A stretch of DNA of 64,000 nt, taken from assembly GCF_009914755.1 (NCBI RefSeq), contig NC_060927.1. One strand, written 5' to 3'. This document shows, one piece after another, positions 55,398 through 64,000 of the stretch; the stretch's first letter is position 1; every line of letters starts with the position of its first letter. A program made the translations under genes and the position numbers. The notes under the pieces are model-generated. The model saw only the letters and a program-made list of their open reading frames with translations, made no database searches and was not told the DNA's origin. The stretch is from the human T2T-CHM13v2.0 reference genome, Homo sapiens.

Positions 55398-57750
55398 TGT
55401 ATTAGTCCACTTTCACACCACTATAAATAACTACCCAAGGCTGGGTAATTTATAAAGAAAAGAGGTTTAATTACTTCACATTTCCACATGGCTGAGGAGG
55501 CCTCAGGAAACTTATAATCATGGCAGAAGGAGAAGGGGGAGCAAGGCATGTCTTATATGGTGGCAGAAAGGAGAGAGTGAGGGGGAAAATGTCACACTTT
55601 TAAACCACCAGATCTCATGAGAACTCACTCACCAAATAGCATGGGGAAAATTCACCCCCACGATCCAATCACCTCCCATGAGGTCCCTCTGCTGACATGT
55701 GGGAATTACAATTCAACGTGAGATTTGGATAGGGACACAGAGCAAAATCATACACTCCACCCTTGGATCCTCTCAAATCTCATATCCTTCTCAGATTGCA
55801 AAATCAATTATGCCTTTTCCAACAGTCCCCTGAAGTCTTAACTAATTTCAGAATTAAGTCAAAGCTCAAGTCAAAGTCTTATCTGAGACAAGCCAAGTCC
55901 CTTCCACCTATGAGTCTGTAACATCAAAAATAAGTTAGTTACTTCCAAGATATGATGAGGGTACAGGCAATGGGTATGTGCTCCCATTCCAAAAGGGAGA
56001 AATTGGACAAAGAAAGGGGCTACAGGGCTCATGCAAGTCTGAAACACAGCAGGGGAGTCATTAAATTGTAAAGTCCCAAAATAATCTCCTTTCAATTCAT
56101 GTCATATCCAGGGCAGGATAATGCAAGGGGTGGGTTCCCACCATCTTGGGCAACTCCTTAATGGGCTGGCATTGAGTGTCTGCTGCTTTTCCAAGCGCAT
56201 GCTGTAAGCTATCGATGGATCTGGAATTCTGGGCTGTGGAGGATGGTGGCCCTCTTCTCACAGCTCCACTAGGCAGTGACCCAATGGGGACACTGTGTGA
56301 GGGCTCCAGTCCCACATTTCCCACTTGCACTGCTCTAATAGATGTTCTCCATGAGGTCTCTGACCCTACAACAGACTTCTGCCTGGATATTCAGGCATTC
56401 CATAAAACCTCTGAAATCTAGGCAGAGATTCCAAAACTGTTGCCTTCTGCATACCATAGCCGCAAGACCACATGGAAGCCACTGAGGCTTGGGGCTTGCA
56501 CCCTCTGAAGCAATGGCCCAAACTGTACCTTATTCCCTTTTAGCCATGGCTGAAGCTGGAGCATCTGGGACACAGGGTGTCATGTCCTGAGGCTGCACAG
56601 AGCAGCTGGGTGCTAGGTCTATCCCATAAAACCATTTTTCCCTCCTAGGCCTCTGGGTTTGTGATAAGAGGGGCTACTGTGAAGATCTCTTAAATGCCCT
56701 GGAGACATTTCCCCCTTTATCTTGACTATTAATATTCAGCTTCTGTTTACTTAGGCAAATTTCTGCAGTGAGCTTGACCTTGAATTCTCTCCCAGAAAAA
56801 TGGGTTTTTCTTTTTAACTATGTGGTCAGGCTGTAAATTTTTCAAACTTTTGTGCTCTGTTTTCCTTTTAAACGTAAGTTCCAACCTCAGACCATCTCTT
56901 TGTGACTGCATATGACTGTATGTTGTTAGGAACATCCAGACTACTTCTTGAATGCTTTGCTGCTTAGAAATTTCTTCCAACAGAAACCTTAAATCATCTA
57001 GTTCAAAGTTCCACAGATCCCTAAAGCAGGGACACAATGCCACCAGTCTCTTTGCTAAAGCATAACAAGAGTGACATTTGCTCCAGTCCCCAATAAGTTC
57101 CTCATCTTCATCTGAGACCACTTCAGCCCGGACTTCATTGTTCATATCACTATCAGCATTTTGGTCAAAACCATTCAACAAGTCTCTAGAAAGTTCCAAC
57201 CTTTTATTCATCTTCCTAACTTCTGAGCCCTCCAAACTGTTCTAATCTCTGCTCGTTACCCAAAGTTAATTCCACATTTTCAGGTATCTTTATAGCAGTG
57301 CTCCACCCTGCTGGTACCAATTTTCTGTATTAGTCTATTTTCATGCTGCTATAAAGAAGTATCTGAGACTGGGTAACTGATAAACTAAATAGTTATAACT
57401 GACACATTTCTGCATGGCTTACAGGAAACTTACAATCATGGCAGAAGTTGAAGGGGAAGCAAGGCACATCTTGCATTGTGGCAGGGGAGAGAGTGAGGAG
57501 GGAAGTGCCACATTTTTAAAACATTACATGTACCCTAAAACTTAAAGTATAATAATAATAAAATTAAAAAATAAAATTAAAAATACAAAAAACATCAAAT
57601 CTCATGAGAACTCACTCACTATCATGCGAACAGCATGGGAGAAATCTGCCCCCCATGATCCAATCACCTCCCACCAGGTCCCTCCCCTGAAACATGAGGA
57701 TTACAATTCAACATGTGATTTGGGTCGGGACACAGAACCAAACCATGTCA
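55398..57750 (-). mobile_element. Complete THE1D/MSTA-like MaLR element: 3' LTR 55398-55754, internal 55755-57325, 5' LTR 57326-57750
   Basis: Two homologous LTRs each starting TGTATTAGTC on the + strand; MaLR internal ORF remnant 56747-57235 (NGFDQNADSDMNNEV...WSKCHSCYALAKRL); near-TSD GTTCT/ATTCT. Confidence 0.92.
57525..57588 (+). mobile_element. Minimal young L1PA 3' end (~30 bp body + tail) inside the THE1D LTR
   Basis: ACATGTACCCTAAAACTTAAAGTATAATAATAAT; TSD AAAACAT at 57518-57524 and 57589-57595. Confidence 0.88.
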
Positions 57751-57827
57751 ATTCTATAGAATCAATTATCATTTTATTCAAAACTGCATGCTAACTAGAA
57801 GTGGATACTGTTTTTGCATAGCAAATA

Positions 57828-60731
57828 CAGTTAACCCTTAAACAAGACAAGTTTAAACTGTGTGGGTCCACTTATAAACAATTTTTTTCAACATATATAT
57901 CTGAAACTTTTTTGGTGATTTTTGACAATTTTAAAGAAACTCATAGATGAACTTCATAGCCTAGAAATTTTGATTTTTTTAAAAAAGTTAGATATGTCAT
58001 GAATTCATAAAATATATGTAGATATTATTCTGGTATGTCCTTTATTGCCATAAAACATACAGGAATACATTATAGAAAGTAATTTATCAAAACTTACATG
58101 AAAAAAAACTTACAGATGATGCTTGGCATCATTTGCAGCTGAGAGAAGTGTAAACAAATGTAAAGATGCAGTACTAAATTACAACTGCATAAAATTAACT
58201 GTGTTACATACTATACCACTGTAATAATGTCATAGCTACCTCCTGTTGCTATTGTGGTGGGATCAAGTGTTGTGAGTATCTGCTTAAAACACCATGTAAT
58301 GCTAATCATCTTCACATGAGCAGTTCGTCTTCCCTGTAAATTACACATCACAATAAATTGTGATCTCTCTTGGCTCTCATGTATTTTTTAATCATGTTTA
58401 GTGCAATACTAGAAACCCTGAATAGTACTATGGGACCCATAGGAAGTGCCACTAATGATGCTAGAAGTGCGCACAAGAAGCAGAGAAATGTCATGACGTT
58501 ACAGGAAACAAAAATGAATTGCTTGGTATGTACCACAGATTGAGGTCTGCAGCTATAGTTGTTCACCTTTCAAGATAAATGAAACTAGTGTAGGGACCAT
58601 TGTTAAAAAAGGAAAAAAAATGTATAATGTCATCACTGAAAATACACAGAAAGATAACCTTTCCCTATTTGTGAAATACCTTTGTATCTCCTATTGAAAA
58701 TGCAGCTTTTATGTAGATGCCAGGTTGCTAATAGAAAGGCATACCTATAAATTCTAATATGAATCAGGAAAAAGTAAAATCATTGTATGACAACCTAAAG
58801 CAAATGAAAGGTGAAGGATCTAGATATGGAGAATTTGGTGCCAGCGAAGGACGGTTTGTTAATTTTAGAAAGTGCTTTGATTTAAAAATGTCAAGATAGT
58901 AGGAGAAGTAGCTTCTGCCAACCAAGAGACACCAGACAAGTTTGTAGAAGCCAATAAGAAACTCATTGAGGAGAAAGAATATCTGCCTGAAGAGGTTTGG
59001 AATGCCAATGAAAATATCTGGAAAATAATTTCACAAAGGACACTTATTAGTAAGGAAGAGACGTGAGCATCAGAATTTAAGGCATGAAGGGATAGGCTAA
59101 CTCTGCTGTTTTGTGCGAAGTCTTTTGAGTTTATGATTAGGACTGCCCTTATCTATAAGCAGCTAACCTCCAAGCCTTGAAGGGAAAAGATAAACAATGC
59201 TGCCAGACTTTTAATTTCACAAAAAGAAGGCAATGAGACTCGTTTTTCTGGATTGATTCCATTGTTGCTTTGCCCCTGATCACGGAAAGCATTTTGAAAG
59301 TAAAGGACTGCTTTTAAAGTTCTTTTATTTATTGATGTTTATTAAAATAGTATATTTTTTTCAATACAGGCTTTTGCTGTGTTGCCCAGGCTGGAGTGCA
59401 GTGGCATGGTCATGACTCACGATAGCCTTCACCTCCTCTACTCAAGTGACCCGCCTCCCCCACCTCAGCCTCCCAAGAAGTTATGAATACAGGCATGTTC
59501 TTTTGATATTAGACAATGCCCTGGCCACCCAGAGCCTCATGAGTTAAACATTGAAGGCTTCAAAGTGGACTATGTGCCCCCAAACACAGTGTCTTTAATT
59601 CAACCTCTAGATCAGGGGGTCATAAGGACCTTTAAGGTTCATTATACATGATACTCTATGGAAAAGATTGTCAATACTCTGGAAGAAAATCCTGATAGAA
59701 AGAACATCATAAAAGTTTGGAAAGATGCCATTAAAAGTTAAAAGATGCCATTAAAAGATGCCATCATAAAAGTTTGGAAAGATACCCATTAAAGATGCCA
59801 TTGTTGTTACAGAAAAAGCTGAGAAGGCCATCAAGCCTAACGCAATAAGTTCCTGCTGGATAAAACTGTGTGCAAATGATGTGCATGACTTCACTGAATT
59901 TACACCAAAGCCAATCAAAGAAATCATAAAAGAGATTTTGAATGTGGCAAAAAAAAGGTGGGAGCTGAAGGGTTTCAAGATATAGATACTGGAGAAATTC
60001 AAGAACTAATAGACACCACACCAGAGAAATTAACAGAAGATGACTTGCTGGAAATGAGCACATATGCACTAGTGTCAGGTGATGGGGAAGAAGATGTGAA
60101 AACAGTTCCAGAAAACAATTGACATTAAAGAATCTGCCAGAAAAGTTCTAATTATTCAAGGCTACTTTTGACTTATTTTACAACATGGACCCTTCTATGA
60201 TGCAAGCACTGAATCTAAAGCAAATATTGGAAAAATGATTGGTACTGTATAAAAACATTTTAAAGAAATTAAAAAGCAAAAAAGTCAGACAAATCAAAAT
60301 ATATTTCTGAAAACTTAGAGCAAGTATGCCTGTATCTCTCGCTTCCCCTCCTCCACCTCTTCCTCCTCTGTCGTCTCTGACACAGAAACACCAACTCTTC
60401 TTCTTTTGTCTCCTCCTCAACCTACTCAATGCAAAGATGATGACAAAAAGATCTGTATGATATATAACTTTTAATTAATGAATAGTATATATATATTTCT
60501 TATCCTTATTATTTTAATAGCATTTTTGCTCTAATTATTAAAATATGGTACATACCATAAATACAACTTATAAATATGTGCTAATTGACATTTACATTAT
60601 ATCAAAAGCTTTCAGTAAACACTGGGATACTAGTAATTAACTTCTGGGGGAGCCAAAAGTTGTTTGTATATTCCATGACATAGGAGGGGAGCGTTGGTGC
60701 CCTAACTCCTGTGTTGTTCAGGGATCAACTT
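57828..60731 (+). mobile_element. Full-length decayed Tigger2 (pogo-like) DNA transposon
   Basis: TA|CAGTTAACCCTTAAACAAGAC...GTGTTGTTCAGGGATCAACTT|TA terminal inverted repeats; transposase start ATGGGACCCATAGGAAGTGCC at 58430 (MGPIGSAT..KKQRNVMTLQE); ATTCAACCTCTAGATCAGGGGGTCATA encodes the DDE-domain motif IQPLDQGVI; frameshifts and stops. Confidence 0.92.
59327..59496 (-). mobile_element. FLAM or AluJ monomer inserted in Tigger2, TSD GTTCTTTT
   Basis: TGTTGCCCAGGGCTGGAGTGCAGTGGCATGGTCATGACTCAC; TSD at 59319-59326 and 59497-59504. Confidence 0.85.
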
Positions 60732-60801
60732 TAATCATTATTTCACTATTATCTGAATTTTTTGGCTGTATTTTTTATATCAGTGTTTGTAGATGGCTCA
60801 G

Positions 60802-61230
60802 TGCATATTGATACTGTGTTGCTACAAAGGAATACCTGAAGTTGGGTAATTTATAAACAAAAGAGGTTTATGTGCCTCACGGTTCTGGAAGCTGCCTAGG
60901 AAGCATAGCATGGGCATTTGCATCTGGTGACAGCCTCAGGCTGCTTCCATTCGTGGCAGAAAAAGAAGGGTAGCCAGCTTGTGCAGAGATCACATGGCAA
61001 GAGAGGAAGCAAGGGAGAGGCAGGAGGTGACCATTTAAACAACTAGCTCTTGTAGAAACTAGTGGTGGGAACTCCCCAATCTCTGAGGGAGGGCATTAAT
61101 ACATTCATAAAGAACTGCTCCATGACCCAAACACTTCCCACTGGGTCTCACCTGTCAACACTGCAACACTGGGAATCAAATTTCAACATAGGATTTGGTG
61201 GGGACAAACATTTATATCCAAACCACAGCA
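60802..61230 (-). mobile_element. MSTB-like MaLR solo LTR
   Basis: AAAGGAATACCTGAAGTTGGGTAATTTATAAA...GCAGAGATCACATGGCAAGAGAGGAAGCAAG...ATCCAAACCACAGCA. Confidence 0.88.
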
Positions 61231-62847
61231 GGAGGGATAATAAGCAGTAATCAGTCTTCTTACTGCTGAGCAGAGGCTGAGATGACAATAACTTACTGTT
61301 GTTCTAAGAAGCAACTCTTTGGTGATAATTCCTATTATTTGAGATGCCTTTGGCCACCAGTACTCACAGTATTCTGGGTAAAATAATCTACCGCCATTTT
61401 TATTTGGGTTAGAATTGTGTATATGTCTTAGTTATTTTGGGAGAAAGAATATTCACTGTATTCGTTGTAAATGTTGGGACTGGTTATTCACCCTTCCTAC
61501 AATGCTGTTTTTACAAATTTAATAGCTTATTCTTAGGATAGTATTCTCAAACTTGCTTGCTAATTTGTACTAGTTAAACATGAAATAAGAAGAAATGCAT
61601 CTAGCCGTTCCCCAAATTTAGACACATTCAATAGGGACAATGCTTGCCTACTTTTCAATTGTATAAATCCTATAAATTTGACCCTATTTTGAAAATATAT
61701 GAGGACTGAATACTCCACATAGTGTTTTTCCTATTGATTATGCATTATCATGTCAATTATTTATAGATTTAGTAAAGAATTATCACAAATTCAATATTGC
61801 TTTTTCATTTTTATTATTTAAAATTTTTCGATTTCTGTAAAATATGTACATGCCTTTGTGAATATTTTAAGGCAAACCTTAAGGAGATAATATAACAGAG
61901 ATAACTAGAATGCCATTTACTTAGTCAATATTTTTTAGAAGTTTTTTCAGTATCTACTTAATATGTGGGCTGAACTTTGCTAAACAGGATCACTGAACAT
62001 AAGAGTGACAGAAAAGATAGTTTTATAATATCTACTATGCCAATACAGAATAAATAAAATCTGTGAAAGCACTTCATACAAATGTTTTGAAAGACTGATT
62101 TCAGAAACCTCCTTTGTACAGGAAAACACTAGTAGATTAGAGTATAGAGGAAAAAGATTCTTTATTCCGATAAACATTTAGGAATAATTTTGGCATGAAA
62201 AATTAAGTCAGATTTTGTGTATGTCATAAATAACAATGTAATATTGTATTTATATATAACTTTCATCTAAGGAATGCCAAAGCAATTTGAGGTTTGAATG
62301 TATACTTTTGAAACACAAGGAAAGAAAGCTACCCACCTTCCTTCCATTAGCATTTATATTGAGAACCCAACAGAGTTTGGCTAACACGAAGATTGAACAC
62401 CAATTACAAGTTCGCTGGTTTCCATAGAGTCGCATGAGAGCATATCATGTTGTCTTGGAAACAAAAGTGTCTGTAAACACCATCATTTCCAATCTAGATT
62501 GTGAGAGCAGCTATGGACACTTTCTTGGATACCAAACTGTACAAACTGTATGTTCATATTCCCATTACCATGGTAACAAGGACCAGTGTCCATTAAACAA
62601 GATGAAAAAGATGAATCTTTGACTCTTTGAAAGTGACCCATATCTAACTATTTTTTTTGTTTCTGTGCTTCCTAGAGCCATAATGCGAAATAAGCCTAAA
62701 TAAAATCTATGTTTATGGTGTGTGTATGTTATTCTATACATTTCACTTAACTGTCTACGAACTGTATAAAATTTAAAATATTTGATGAATCAGTACTCTC
62801 CTTTCACTTATAATTGATGTAAACCTAGTTGTGTTTTTACCTACCTT

Positions 62848-63174
62848 TACTGTGGTTTGAAATGCGCGTTGAAATTTAATTTTCACGTCACAGTAATAAG
62901 AGTTGGGACTTTTAAGAGGTGTTGAGGCCAGAGGACTTCATCCTCATGGGTGGGCTTGGCATCACTAAAAAGAGGGCGAGTTTGGCCTCCTCTTGCCCTC
63001 TCTTGTCCTCTTCTCTGCTGCTATGTGATGATGAGTAAGAAGGCTATTGCCAGATGCCAACAATTCAATATTGGATTTTCCAGGCTCTAGAACTATGAGC
63101 CAATACATTTCAGTTCATTGTAAATTACCCAGTCTAAGGCATTCTGTTATAGCAGTACAAAATATTGTAAGATA
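62848..63174 (+). mobile_element. MSTC/MSTD-like MaLR LTR
   Basis: GTTGAAATTTAAT...TTTAAGAGGTG; TAAATTACCCAGTCTAAGGCATTCTGTTATAGCAGTACAAAA. Confidence 0.78.
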
Positions 63175-63724
63175 TTCATATACTTCTTCACTCTCCTCTA
63201 TTTATTACAGTTAAATCCAAATTATTAGTGTTGTTTTTAAGAGAAATGAGATTTCTTTTTATAGAGACTACAGTTCTCTTAATGATTGTATTAAAATCAA
63301 AAGTATTGTGGAAAATTGAAGAGTTTAGATTTGTAGGCCCTTTGGATATATTTAAGTGTTACTATATATATTCTATAAAAACTGAATTGCAAAAATCTTG
63401 CATGCACCTACAAAATATTTAAATGTAACAAAGTTGATCAGTGGAAGGAAATTTTCAATCGATTTACTAAAAAAAAGTACTCATACTACAATCCTCCTTT
63501 ATTGATTCTTGCCCATAATTTAAGAAGATGCACATATTTCTTATGCGAACACATCTGTTTTTGATGTCTGTGTAAGGGTTTTGTGGTTTAAACATATCAA
63601 CATTCACATAACTAATCCCTTTTTGATGAAAATTGTTGTTTCTAAATAACTCATTATTAATAAAATACAACAAACATCTTCACAAATATATTTTTTGCTT
63701 ACATCTATATTTTTAGTAAGATGG

Positions 63725-63905
63725 TGTATTAGTCAATCCTTATACTGCTATAAAGAGCTAATTGAGAGTGGGTAATTTATGAAGAAAAGAGGTTTACTTG
63801 ACTCACAGTTCCACAGGCTGTAGAGGAAACATGGCTGGGAGGCCTCAGGAAACTTACAATCATAGCCGAAAGCAAAATGGAAGCAGACACATCTTACCAT
63901 GGAGG

Positions 63906-63957
<52 letters not shown>

Positions 63958-64000
63958 AGTGCTACAAACTTTTAAAGAACCAGATCTCATGAGAACTCAC
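63725..64000 (-). mobile_element. MSTA-like LTR (runs off the window) containing (GA)22 at 63909-63952
   Basis: TGTATTAGTC...GGGTAATTTATGAAGAAAAGAGGTTT...GGAGGCCTCAGGAAACTTACAATCAT. Confidence 0.88.

Noticed and set aside
58430-60310. Domesticated TIGD-like transposase gene
   Set aside because: Reading frame broken repeatedly and interrupted by an Alu monomer; no long + strand ORF.

Overview
AT-rich primate (human or great-ape-like: AluY, L1PA2-4, THE1) non-coding DNA, intergenic or deep intronic. I cannot support any protein-coding exon, RNA gene or CRISPR-like array. Every ORF in the track with recognisable similarity comes from a repeat (L1 ORF1/ORF2, Alu, MaLR internal ORF, Tigger2); the rest look like chance ORFs. 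A large part of the window is interspersed repeat: 9 full-length Alus plus 2 fragments, many L1s from L1PA3 to L1ME, MaLR/ERVL/ERV1 LTRs (MLT1, MLT2, MST, THE1, MER4), a complete LTR-internal-LTR THE1D-like element, a full-length decayed Tigger2, Tigger3a/3b, MIR/L2 and several STRs. Subfamily calls come from remembered consensus sequences and need RepeatMasker/Dfam confirmation. I do not see a convincingly new biological system. Most notable observations: (1) an L1PA3 insertion combining a ~170-bp 3' transduction (carrying a GT microsatellite and its own AATAAA) with a twin-priming inversion inside one TSD pair (27043-27667); (2) two DNA-level local templated insertions copied from 1.2-1.4 kb away (10137-10250; 49857-49969); (3) a tail-less, microhomology-bounded L1 ORF2 fragment insertion; (4) several fold-back palindromes; (5) a repeat-free, AT-rich but CpG-retaining segment (42600-43510) with Oct-Sox, PBX-HOX and YY1 motifs, the best candidate for a functional regulatory element.
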